From contig JBBQEB010000102.1 in the NCBI GenBank assembly GCA_038320275.1, positions 1 through 13,813 on the forward strand: a stretch of DNA of 13,813 nucleotides, given 5' to 3'. The DNA is from Myxococcales bacterium (GTDB taxonomy: Bacteria; Myxococcota; Myxococcia; Myxococcales; Anaeromyxobacteraceae). Under the pieces are notes generated by a model. That model worked only from the letters and a program-made list of their open reading frames with translations. It was not told the DNA's origin and did no database searches. The position numbers were made by a program, and so were the translations under genes. This document shows, piece by piece, positions 1 to 7,398 of the stretch (its first letter is position 1; every line of letters starts with the position of its first letter).

Positions 1-61
1 CTTCCTCCCCGCGGCGCGCGTCCGGGCTCCTGGGGTCCGGCGAGGTGCTCGGCGCTTCCAT
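1..61 (-). CDS. 5' end of a probable divergent gene (partial, runs off the left edge); product unknown
   Basis: Minus-strand ATG at 61-59 with a GAGGA Shine-Dalgarno-like motif about 8 nt upstream. The frame is open to the edge (MEAPSTSPDPRSPDARRGEE...), but only 20 codons are visible. Confidence 0.4.
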   Translation of the reverse strand, partial: MEAPSTSPDPRSPDARRGEE

Positions 62-101
62 GCGCGTTTCCTCGTAGCGACGGAGGGGCTCCTCCGCCAA
101 A

Positions 102-680
102 TTGCCGCGGGTGATCCTCACGCTCGCCTCCCAGAGCCCACGCCGCCGCGAACGGCTCGCCCAGCTCGGGATCGAGCTGGAGGTGAGCCCCGCGCACGTG
201 GACGAGGCGGTCCACGCCGGTGAGCCCGCGGACCGCTACGTCTCGCGCGTGGCGCGCGAGAAGGCGAGGGCGGTCCGGGGCGAGGTGGTGCTCGCCGCGG
301 ATACCTCCGTCGTCCTCCACGGGCGCGTCCTCGGCAAGCCGCGCGACGCGGAGGACGCGAGGATCATGCTCCGCGCGCTCTCGGCCGGCGTGCACGAGGT
401 CATCACCGCCGTCTGCGCCCGCCGCGGCGAGCGGGAGGAGGAGCTGCGCGTCGCCACCGCCGTGCGCTTCGCCGAGCTCACCACCGCCCAGGTCGCCTGG
501 TACGCCGCGACGGGCGAGGGGCTGGACAAGGCGGGTGGCTACGCGCTGCAGGGCGCGGCGGGAGCGTTCGTCCTCGAGGTGCGCGGCAGCGTGTCGAACG
601 TGGTGGGACTTCCGCTCGCCGAGACCATGGAGCTGCTGAGGCGGCTCGGCTTCCCCCTGCCCTGGGACGCGCGGCCATGA
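102..680 (+). CDS. maf: Maf family nucleoside triphosphate pyrophosphatase (YhdE-like, dTTP/UTP)
   Basis: Motifs [14 protein letters not shown] (catalytic Asp), [14 protein letters not shown] and SNVVGLP. The true start may be GTG at 111 (MILTLAS...). The stop overlaps the yggS start (ATGA, 677-680). Confidence 0.95.
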   Translation: MPRVILTLASQSPRRRERLAQLGIELEVSPAHVDEAVHAGEPADRYVSRVAREKARAVRGEVVLAADTSVVLHGRVLGKPRDAEDARIMLRALSAGVHEVITAVCARRGEREEELRVATAVRFAELTTAQVAWYAATGEGLDKAGGYALQGAAGAFVLEVRGSVSNVVGLPLAETMELLRRLGFPLPWDARP

Positions 681-1351
681 GCGGCGGTACGATCGCGGAG
701 CGGCTCGCGGCCGTGCGGGCCGGCATTTCGGGCGGGGTCACCCTGGTCGCCGTCTCCAAGACGCATCCTGCATCGGCGATCCGCGAGGCGTACGCGGCCG
801 GCCAGCGCGACTTCGGAGAGAACTACGCGCAGGAGTGGCGAGCGAAGGCGGAGGAGCTCTCCGATCTTCCCGAGCTGGCGTGGCACTTCATCGGAGCGCT
901 GCAGACGAACAAGGTGAAGCTCTTCTTCCGCGCGGGCGCGCCCTCGCCGTTGTGGATACATGCGGTCGACAGGCCGGCGCTCGCCCGGGAGCTCTCGCTG
1001 CGCGCGGAGGCTGCGGGGCGGAGGCTGCGCGTACTGCTCGAGGTGAACGTCGCGGGAGAGGCCTCGAAGTCGGGGTGCGCGCCGGAGGTGGTGGACGCGC
1101 TCGCGGAGGAGGTCGCTGCGCTGCCCGGGCTCGAGCTGCGCGGCCTCATGTGCATCCCGCCCGCCGTGGGCGACCCCAGACCGCGGTTCGCGGCCCTCCG
1201 CGCACTGCGCGACGGGCTCCGCATGAAGCTCCCCGATCTCTCCATGGGCATGAGCGGCGACTACCGCGAGGCGATCGCGGAAGGCGCGACCCTGGTGAGG
1301 GTGGGCACCGCCATCTTCGGCGAGCGGCCGAGCGTGGGCCGGTCGCCGTAG
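677..1351 (+). CDS. yggS: YggS/PLPBP pyridoxal phosphate homeostasis protein
   Basis: Motifs VAVSKT (PLP lysine), [37 protein letters not shown] and VRVGTAIFG. Translationally coupled to maf. Confidence 0.96.
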   Translation: MSGGTIAERLAAVRAGISGGVTLVAVSKTHPASAIREAYAAGQRDFGENYAQEWRAKAEELSDLPELAWHFIGALQTNKVKLFFRAGAPSPLWIHAVDRPALARELSLRAEAAGRRLRVLLEVNVAGEASKSGCAPEVVDALAEEVAALPGLELRGLMCIPPAVGDPRPRFAALRALRDGLRMKLPDLSMGMSGDYREAIAEGATLVRVGTAIFGERPSVGRSP

Positions 1352-1518
1352 CGTTCGAGGATCACTCGGCCTCGCCGCAAGGGGGTGAGTCGGCTGAAAG
1401 CCGGGTTGACGCGCACCCACGTCGGGGGACGGTGCCGGAACGGCACAGGTGTCGCGCTCGTTGGGGCGCGAGGCGCCTCGTGGGCCGCGCGACTCGGCTC
1501 GCAAGGCGAGGCCAGATC

Positions 1519-1535
1519 CTGGCCTGTGCCTTGCT
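1519..1535 (+). promoter_or_regulatory. Sigma54 (-24/-12) promoter upstream of the first DUF3108 gene
   Basis: CTGGCCTGTGCCTTGCT has GG at 1521-1522 and GC at 1533-1534, the exact GG-N10-GC spacing, with TGGC and TTGCT half-sites. It is followed by an AT-richer stretch and GGAGG (1566-1570) before ATG 1581. Confidence 0.75.
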
Positions 1536-1580
1536 ACGTTGATAAAACGCAGGACGATTTCCTCCGGAGGCCCGAGACCC

Positions 1581-2399
1581 ATGTCGCTTCGCTCATCGCT
1601 CGCGCTTGCGCTCTCGCTCCTCGCAGGCCCTCGCATGGCTCACGCCGGCGAACCTGTCGCGGCCGCCGGAAGCGCTCCAGCCGCCCCGGCCGTGGCGACC
1701 TCGGTCCCCTCCCCCGCACCTTTTGCGCCTGGCGAACAGATCGACCTCAGCATCGATTACCTCCGGGTGAAGACGGGTCAGGCCCGGCTCCTGGTGGGGA
1801 AGCCCGAGGGCGCCGTGTGGCCCGTCATCTGCCAGGCGAAGACGGACGGCCTCGCCACGCTGCTGGACATCCGCGAGCACTACGTCTCGTACTGGGACGC
1901 CGAGTCGCGCCTCTCGCGCGGCTCCGACCTGAACGCCATCGAGGTGGGCGATCGCCACACCGACCGGGCGCGCTTCGACCGGGAGAACGGCAAGGCGGTC
2001 GTGCAGATCATCCGCCGCGGCAAGGCGCGGGAGAGCACGCACGACGTGCCGAAGGACGTCCAGGACCTCGCGAGCGCCCTGCTCGAGCTCCGCATGCGCC
2101 CGCTCGCGCCGGGGGCCAACTACGAGCTCCCCGTCTTCTCCGGCACCGAGACCTTCACGCTCCGGGCGGACGTGGAGGGCACGGAGCGCATCGACACGCC
2201 CGCTGGCCGATTCGATGCCGTCCGGGTGAAGGTGCGGCTCGGGTTCAAGGACAAGTTCAAGACGCGCCGCGACTCCTACGTGTGGTTCTCCAACGATCCA
2301 CGGCACGTGCCCGTGCGGATGAGCGCCGACTTCGCGGTGGGCAGCGTCACCGCGACGCTCACCGCCTACCGCCCGGGCGGGCAGCTCGCGGCCCGTTAG
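1581..2399 (+). CDS. DUF3108-family secreted/periplasmic protein
   Basis: ATG 1581 has a GGAGG RBS and is preferred over the ORF-track start at 1449. Signal peptide MSLRSSLALALSLLAGPRMAHA. Family-like motifs PFAPGE, DLASALLELR...L.PG, E.IDTPAGRFDA and VWFSNDPRHVPVR. Confidence 0.8.
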   Translation: MSLRSSLALALSLLAGPRMAHAGEPVAAAGSAPAAPAVATSVPSPAPFAPGEQIDLSIDYLRVKTGQARLLVGKPEGAVWPVICQAKTDGLATLLDIREHYVSYWDAESRLSRGSDLNAIEVGDRHTDRARFDRENGKAVVQIIRRGKARESTHDVPKDVQDLASALLELRMRPLAPGANYELPVFSGTETFTLRADVEGTERIDTPAGRFDAVRVKVRLGFKDKFKTRRDSYVWFSNDPRHVPVRMSADFAVGSVTATLTAYRPGGQLAAR

Positions 2400-2400
2400 A

Positions 2401-2457
2401 GCAGGAGCGCTGCGCCCTGCCTCGGCCGTCCGCCGTCCGCCCCCGACCCGGCCGAGG
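2401..2457. repeat. Two adjacent GC-rich inverted repeats in the DUF3108-GH123 spacer
   Basis: GCAGG/CCTGC closes a bulged stem at 2401-2420. CCTCGGCCG (2420-2428) is the exact reverse complement of CGGCCGAGG (2449-2457). There is no U-tract. Confidence 0.45.
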
Positions 2458-2493
2458 ATTGTCTCCCGAGCTCGCCCGCGCCAGGTTGCGCGG

Positions 2494-4170
2494 GTGAGCC
2501 CGATCTTTCTTCTCGCGGCCCTGCTGGCCGCTGCGCCGGCCCACGCCGGGGCTGCTCCTCCCCTGGTCGGTGCAGCGAGCGCGCTCGTCAAGCTCCGCCC
2601 CGGCGATGCGCTGCCCCCCGCCCGCGCGCTCGACCTCGCCGCGGCCCGGGGGGAGTGCGAGGCCGCGCAGGTGGCGGTGCGCTCCGCGCGGCCACTCGCC
2701 GCCCTGCGCGCGACGGCGGCGCTCGACGGCCCATCGCGCATCGTGCCTGCGCTCTATCGCGTGGCGGCGGTGGAGCTCCCCCGCGCCTCGGGGCCGGAGG
2801 GTGCGGGAGGGCCATGGCCGGATCCGCTGATCCCGGAGCGCGACCCCTTCTTCGGCGAAGCGCGCCGCGCTTTCCCCGTCGCCGTGCCCGCCGGTCGCCT
2901 GCAGGCGATCTGGGTGGAGGTGTGCGTGCCCGTGGGTGCGAGTCCCGGCGCATATCGGGGCGCTGTTCGGCTCACCGATGGCGACCTTGCGCTGGGGACG
3001 GTGCCGCTCGCGCTGCGCGTCTGGCCCTTCACGCTGCCCTCGACGGGGACGGTCACCGCCACCTTCGGGCTCCCCACCCGCGTCGGGACGAAGGCGCTGG
3101 GGAAGCCCGACGATCCCGAGCTGGCGCGGGCTCTCGCCGCGGCGCTCCTGCGCCACCGGATCTCGCCGCACGGGCTCACCTACGACCCGCCGTGGGGCCG
3201 CTGCACGGCGGCGCGGTGCGCGCTCGACTTCACGGCCTACGACGCCGAGATGGCGCCCATCCTCGACGGCAGCCTGGTGCCGGGCGTGAAGGGCACCTTC
3301 GCCGACGCGCGCGTCACCGAGGGGGACTGGCGCGGCAGCGAGGCCGATCTGACGGCGCTCCTCCGCGCCTGGCGCGAGCACTTCGAGGCGCGCGGCTGGT
3401 CCGACGCGCTCTGGCTCTACACGCTCGACGAGCCGAAGCCCTCCGACCTTCCGGAACTGGCGCGGCGGGCGAGGGCCGCGCGGGCGGCGGGCGTGCGCGT
3501 GTTCGCGACGACTCTCCCCTCTCCGCCGCTGTCGGGGCTGGTGGACGCGTTCGCGCCGGTGGTGAATTTCTTCGAGAGCCGGCCGTCCCAGAGCTTCGTG
3601 ACGGAGCGCGAGACGAGGATGGGCGGCGAGGTGCGGACGAGCGTCCAGCGGCCGTTCTGGTACGCGTCCTGTATGAGCCACGGCTGCAAGGAGCTCCCGC
3701 TTGGAGGCGCGGCGCGGCGCTCGATGGAGCGCGAGTTCACCGGCTGGCCGGGCTACGAGATCGACCGGCCGGGGGCCGCGGTGCGCGCGCTGGGCTGGCT
3801 GGGCTGGCGGCAGGGCGTCGCCGGCGAGCTCTACTACGACACCTTGCAGGCGTGGACCGGCGACCCGTGGACCGACGTGCGCCGCTTCGCCGGGAACGGG
3901 GACGGAACGCTGCTCTACCCGGGCCTCACGGCGCGGCTGGGAGGTGAGCACCCGTTCCCGGTGGAGAGCATCCGCCTGAAGCTCGTCCGCGAGGACCTCG
4001 AGGATCGGGAGCTCCTGGCGCTGGCGGAGCGCAGCGGGCTGCGGCCTCTGGCGGAGCGGCTGGCGATCGGGCTCGCCCCGTCGCTGCGAGGCTTCTCACG
4101 CGACCCGGCCGCTTACGACGCCGCGCACCGCGCGCTGGGCGATGCCCTCGCCCAGGCGCTCGCGCGCTAG
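2494..4170 (+). CDS. Secreted glycoside hydrolase family 123-like (DUF4091) protein, putative beta-N-acetylgalactosaminidase
   Basis: Signal peptide MSPIFLLAALLAAAPAHA. N-terminal AARGECEAAQV, WPDPLIP, WVEVCVP...PG.YRG.V and LRVWPFTLP. Adjacent Asp-Glu in YTLDEP (3427-3432). C-terminal NGDGTLLYPG...PVESIRLKLVREDLEDRELL is typical of DUF4091. Confidence 0.8.
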   Translation: MSPIFLLAALLAAAPAHAGAAPPLVGAASALVKLRPGDALPPARALDLAAARGECEAAQVAVRSARPLAALRATAALDGPSRIVPALYRVAAVELPRASGPEGAGGPWPDPLIPERDPFFGEARRAFPVAVPAGRLQAIWVEVCVPVGASPGAYRGAVRLTDGDLALGTVPLALRVWPFTLPSTGTVTATFGLPTRVGTKALGKPDDPELARALAAALLRHRISPHGLTYDPPWGRCTAARCALDFTAYDAEMAPILDGSLVPGVKGTFADARVTEGDWRGSEADLTALLRAWREHFEARGWSDALWLYTLDEPKPSDLPELARRARAARAAGVRVFATTLPSPPLSGLVDAFAPVVNFFESRPSQSFVTERETRMGGEVRTSVQRPFWYASCMSHGCKELPLGGAARRSMEREFTGWPGYEIDRPGAAVRALGWLGWRQGVAGELYYDTLQAWTGDPWTDVRRFAGNGDGTLLYPGLTARLGGEHPFPVESIRLKLVREDLEDRELLALAERSGLRPLAERLAIGLAPSLRGFSRDPAAYDAAHRALGDALAQALAR

Positions 4171-4176
4171 TGCCTC

Positions 4177-4953
4177 ATGCCGCTCGCTCTCGCCCCGCTC
4201 GCGGCCGCCCTGCTCGCCGCCGCACCTGCGTGCGGGCTCCCCGCGCTGCGGGAAGGTGGACCGCCCTTCAGGCCGGGCGAGGCGCTCGCCTACGACGTCG
4301 CCCTGCTGGGCGCGTTCAAGGCGGGCATCATGACGCTCGAGGTGGAGCCGCCCATCGCGCGCGGAACCCTGATGCCGCTGCGCGCCCGGACGCGCAACAC
4401 CTCCATCTTCGCGAAGCTGCGCAAGATGCGCGGCTACGCCCTCTCCTGGGTGAACGTGAGGACGCTCCTCCCGCAGCGCTACACGGACGAGGAGGAGGAG
4501 AACGGCGTCCACAAGAGCACCGACACCCGGCTCGACCTCCCGGGTCCGGTCTCGATGGCCTGGACCCGCGGCGAGGAGAAGGGGGTGCACGTGCTGGAGC
4601 GCCGCGGCGAGGTGCTCGACCCGCTGTCCGCGTTCTTCTACCTTCGGGCGGCGCGGCTCGAGCCTGGGCGCGAGGTGTGCTTCGACCTGGTGGCGAACCG
4701 GCGGTTCTGGAGGCTCCGCGGCGCGCTGGCGCCCGAGCCCGACCGATTGGAGACCGGCGCAGGCACCTTCGACGCAGACAGGTTCGACGCAACCCTCACC
4801 CGCGCGGACGGCGAGGGGCCAGAGCGCACCGTTCACCTCTGGTTCAGCCGCGACGAGCGGCGCCTGCCGCTGGCCGCGAAGGGCGAGACCGACTTCGGCG
4901 CGGTGGGGGTGGTGCTCTCGCGCGCCTCCTCCCCGGGACCGGCGCTGCCCTGA
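4177..4953 (+). CDS. Second DUF3108-family secreted protein
   Basis: Starts 6 nt after the previous stop and has a hydrophobic signal peptide. Motifs PFRPGEAL.Y, DPLSAFFYLR...LEPG, LETGAGTFDA and LWFSRDERRLP are collinear with the 1581-2399 protein. Confidence 0.8.
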   Translation: MPLALAPLAAALLAAAPACGLPALREGGPPFRPGEALAYDVALLGAFKAGIMTLEVEPPIARGTLMPLRARTRNTSIFAKLRKMRGYALSWVNVRTLLPQRYTDEEEENGVHKSTDTRLDLPGPVSMAWTRGEEKGVHVLERRGEVLDPLSAFFYLRAARLEPGREVCFDLVANRRFWRLRGALAPEPDRLETGAGTFDADRFDATLTRADGEGPERTVHLWFSRDERRLPLAAKGETDFGAVGVVLSRASSPGPALP

Positions 4954-4978
4954 CGGGAAGCGCCTCGCCACTCCGCTA

Positions 4979-5323
4979 TCAGGCTGGAAGCGCCACCGCG
5001 ACCTGGGCCAGCCTGCGCCGCAGGGCAGCGATCGTGTCCTCGAGATAACCCAGCCCGGCCGCGGGCCCGGACAGCGCGAGCTCGAGCAGGTCACGGCCCC
5101 CGGCGCGCCCATCGGCGAGCGTTCGCTCCACCTCGCCGACGTATTCCACGAGGGAGCGCAGCGTGGCTCCCACCTCTCGAAGGTCGTCGCCCAGGAAGGC
5201 GGCGATGACGTCCTCGCGCGCGCCGGCGCCGGCGGAGGCGAGCCTGACCCGGAGCTGCGGAAAATCGGAGGGGTCGGCCGGCTCGCGAGAGGGAGGGGCC
5301 AGGGACAGGGCGGCTCGCGTCAT
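4979..5323 (-). CDS. Small hypothetical helical protein (114 aa)
   Basis: Fills the gap between DUF507 and the convergent DUF3108 gene. Amphipathic helical pattern (DDLREVGATLRSLVEYVGEVERTL; LGYLEDTIAALRRRL). ATG 5323 lies directly behind a promoter-like motif. Confidence 0.65.
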   Translation of the reverse strand: MTRAALSLAPPSREPADPSDFPQLRVRLASAGAGAREDVIAAFLGDDLREVGATLRSLVEYVGEVERTLADGRAGGRDLLELALSGPAAGLGYLEDTIAALRRRLAQVAVALPA

Positions 5324-5330
5324 GTGGGCG

Positions 5331-5358
5331 AGCGTAGGCGGGCATGCGCCACCGTCAA
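5331..5358 (-). promoter_or_regulatory. Sigma70-like promoter, likely giving a leaderless mRNA
   Basis: TTGACG (5358-5353), 16-nt spacer, TACGCT (5336-5331), 7 nt, then ATG 5323. No Shine-Dalgarno is present. Confidence 0.55.
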
Positions 5359-5402
5359 CTTTTCCGCCGGGCGGCAAGGCACCCGGCGACGGAGCTCCGC
5401 TG

Positions 5403-5921
5403 TCAGATCAGTCCGCGGCTGCGGCGGAGCAGATCCACCGTCTTTCCGTACTCGACGTCCCAGGCGCTCGTCCCCTCCTGCAGGTGCTTGAGACGGGCGC
5501 GCGCCTCCCGGTCGATGTCGTCATCGACGTCGAGGTGCTTCTTGAAAATGCCGAAAACCTTCTTCCGGATGATCGGGTCGTCGGCATAGACCTCCTCGAC
5601 GTTCCGCGAGACGAGCAGGAACTCGATCATCTGGCCGATGACGTACTCGATGCCCTCGTCCCCCATCTTGAAGCCGCGGACGTCGGCCATCTCGCGCTTC
5701 ACCTGGTTGAACTTGGACTGATCGTAGCCGCGCCGCTCGAGCGCCTCCCGGGTGGCGGCGTTCACGCGCTCCTCGGCTGCCAGATACTCCTTCTGGATGG
5801 CGGCCATGTCCATCTCCGCATCGGAGATGCGGAGCGTCTCGATCTCGACGTCGCCATCCTGCATCAAGGTCTGGATGACCTCGCGAGCGATGGTGGGGAT
5901 CACCTTGGGATAGAGGCGCAT
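5403..5921 (-). CDS. DUF507 family protein
   Basis: MRLYPKVIPTIAREVIQTL..., KFNQVKREMADVRGF, VEEVYADD, DIDREARARL and EGTSAWDVEY...RGL. Strong GC3 codon bias and a GAGGA RBS upstream. Confidence 0.85.
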   Translation of the reverse strand: MRLYPKVIPTIAREVIQTLMQDGDVEIETLRISDAEMDMAAIQKEYLAAEERVNAATREALERRGYDQSKFNQVKREMADVRGFKMGDEGIEYVIGQMIEFLLVSRNVEEVYADDPIIRKKVFGIFKKHLDVDDDIDREARARLKHLQEGTSAWDVEYGKTVDLLRRSRGLI

Positions 5922-6011
5922 GGTCCGATTTCCTCGGCCGGGGCGGGGCCCGCGGCGGCACGGCCGCGAGCGTCACTTCACGCGCAAGGTCCGCGATTCA
6001 AAAGGTAGAGC

Positions 6012-6041
6012 CGTATAAACCCCCCTCGCTGGGAGTGGCAA
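6012..6041 (-). promoter_or_regulatory. Possible sigma70 promoter for the DUF507 gene
   Basis: TTGCCA (6041-6036), 18-nt spacer, TATACG (6017-6012), in an AT-enriched intergenic patch about 90 nt upstream of the ATG. Confidence 0.45.
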
Positions 6042-6132
6042 GCGAAAAGGGGCTGAAAGGAGAGGGAAAGAACCGGGCTCCTGTGACGATGGGTCAGGTG
6101 CTGGTGCCTCTCCATGGTGCGCGCGTTCCGCC

Positions 6133-6162
6133 AAGAAGAACGGCTGCCCGATGGGGCAGCCG
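6133..6162 (-). terminator. Intrinsic terminator after the aldolase gene
   Basis: Perfect 9-bp stem CGGCTGCCC (6141-6149) / GGGCAGCCG (6154-6162) with a 4-nt loop, followed by TTCTTCTT on the minus strand, about 40 nt after the stop. Confidence 0.8.
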
Positions 6163-6201
6163 CTGATCTTTTCGGGGCGCGTCAGGCTCCGCCAGCAGAG
6201 A

Positions 6202-7131
6202 CTACGTCTCGTAGACCTTCATCACGTCCCCCAGCAGCGTGAGCGCCTCCGCCTTCGGCCGCTGGAAGGCGTTGCGCCCCATGATGGAGCCAAAGCCGCC
6301 GCCGTCCCTGATGCCCTGCACGTCCTTCAGGATCTCGTCGGCGCCCTTGGCTTCACCCCCGGAGAAGATGACGATGCGCCGGCCGTCGAACGCGCTCTGC
6401 ACCACATGGCGCACGCGGTCGGCGAGCGTCTTCACGGGAATGTTCTGCTTCTCGTAAACTTTTTTCGCGTCGGCGTTCTCGACCAGTTCCTTGGGCGGCT
6501 TCACCTTGATCACGTGCGCCCCCATCTGCGCCGCGATGTGCGCGGCGTAGGCGCAGATGTCGACGGCCGTCTCGCCCTCCTTGGAGATACCGCTGCCGCG
6601 CGGGTAGCTCCACACCACGACCGCGAGGCCGTGCTTCTTCGCGTGGAGCGTGAGCTCGCGCAGGCTCTCGAGCTGCAGGTTCCGCGCGTCGGAGCCCGGG
6701 TAGATGGTGTAGCCGATGGCGACGCACCCGAGCCGGATGGCGTCCTTCACCGAGGCCGTGACGGCAGAAATGGGCGCCCCTCCGAGCTTGGACAGCGAGT
6801 CGGAGTTGTTCACCTTGAGGATGAGCGGCACCTGACCGGCGAACTCGGCCGCCCCTGCCTCGATGAAGCCGAGCGGCGCAGCGTAGGCGTTGCAGCCGGA
6901 CTCGATGGCGAGCTGGAAGTGGTAGCGCGGATCGTAACCCGCGGGGTTCGGAGCGAACGAGCGCGCCGGCCCGTGCTCGAAGCCCTGATCGACGGGCAGG
7001 ATGACGAGCTTGCCGGTGCCACCGAGCCGCCCGTGCATGAGGAGCCGCGCCAGGTTGGTGAGCGTTCCCGGGTTTTCGGAGGAGTACCAGGTCAGGATCT
7101 GCTTCACGCGGTCGGTCATTCGAGTCTGCAT
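6202..7131 (-). CDS. fbaB: Class I (DhnA-type) fructose-bisphosphate aldolase
   Basis: Motifs ILPVDQGFEHGP, PLILKVN, GYTIYPGS, WSYPRG, GAHVIKVK (Schiff-base Lys), IFSGG and GSIMGRNAFQRP. GGAG lies upstream of ATG 7131; ATG 7119 is an alternative start. Confidence 0.92.
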   Translation of the reverse strand: MQTRMTDRVKQILTWYSSENPGTLTNLARLLMHGRLGGTGKLVILPVDQGFEHGPARSFAPNPAGYDPRYHFQLAIESGCNAYAAPLGFIEAGAAEFAGQVPLILKVNNSDSLSKLGGAPISAVTASVKDAIRLGCVAIGYTIYPGSDARNLQLESLRELTLHAKKHGLAVVVWSYPRGSGISKEGETAVDICAYAAHIAAQMGAHVIKVKPPKELVENADAKKVYEKQNIPVKTLADRVRHVVQSAFDGRRIVIFSGGEAKGADEILKDVQGIRDGGGFGSIMGRNAFQRPKAEALTLLGDVMKVYET

Positions 7132-7179
7132 GGGAGCTCCGTGGAACGGTGGGCGGCCAATGGGGTGCGAGAGCCCCGT

Positions 7180-7207
7180 TGTATAGCCGGGTGCGTCGGG
7201 CGCTCAA
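7180..7207 (-). promoter_or_regulatory. Possible sigma70 promoter for the aldolase gene
   Basis: TTGAGC (7207-7202), 16-nt spacer, TATACA (7185-7180), about 50 nt upstream of the start. Confidence 0.45.
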
Positions 7208-7398
7208 GCGCAGGTGTGGCGGCGTGATGACGCTGCAGCCGCAAGACTCGCAGGCGCCGCGGACCGATGAAGGGAGCGTTGCCGCCCCACGGGGAATCGT
7301 TCGCTTACCCGGTCGATTTGGGCGTTGGCAAGCATCCGCACACCACCGAATCGCTCGCGTGGGGTAGCGTTTCCGGCTCGAGACCTTACCTCTTAGCT

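Noticed and set aside
1358..1520. 6S RNA, SRP RNA, tRNA or c-di-GMP riboswitch identity for the structured spacer
   Set aside because: No SRP GGAA domain IV motif, no cloverleaf or T-loop, no GEMM signature, and not the usual zapA-ygfA context of 6S RNA. Kept only as an unassigned element.
2359..3951. Long alternative-frame and antisense ORFs over the GH123-like gene, and similar ORFs over the other genes (e.g. 539-1636, 5163-6008, 6151-7227, 7487-9172)
   Set aside because: Arg/Pro/Ala/Gly-rich or plainly antisense translations with no motifs, overlapping well-supported genes.
4177..4236. Lipoprotein signal in the second DUF3108 (AAAPAC)
   Set aside because: Pro at -2 does not fit the lipobox, so the Cys more likely belongs to the mature protein. 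SignalP would be needed to decide.
5978..6115. 45-codon minus-strand ORF (MERHQHLTHR...) upstream of DUF507
   Set aside because: No RBS, codon usage unlike the real genes, and it runs through the predicted promoter.
7325..7340. TTGGCAAGCATCCGCA as a sigma54 promoter
   Set aside because: Spacing is GG-N9-GC rather than the required N10, and the -12 half-site lacks TTGC.
7260..7392. Possible cobalamin riboswitch upstream of the B12-binding regulator (GGGAATC and GAGACCT fragments)
   Set aside because: The conserved core (GCCCCCGCAACTGT-like segment and a complete B12 box) is not recognisable. An Rfam scan would settle it.
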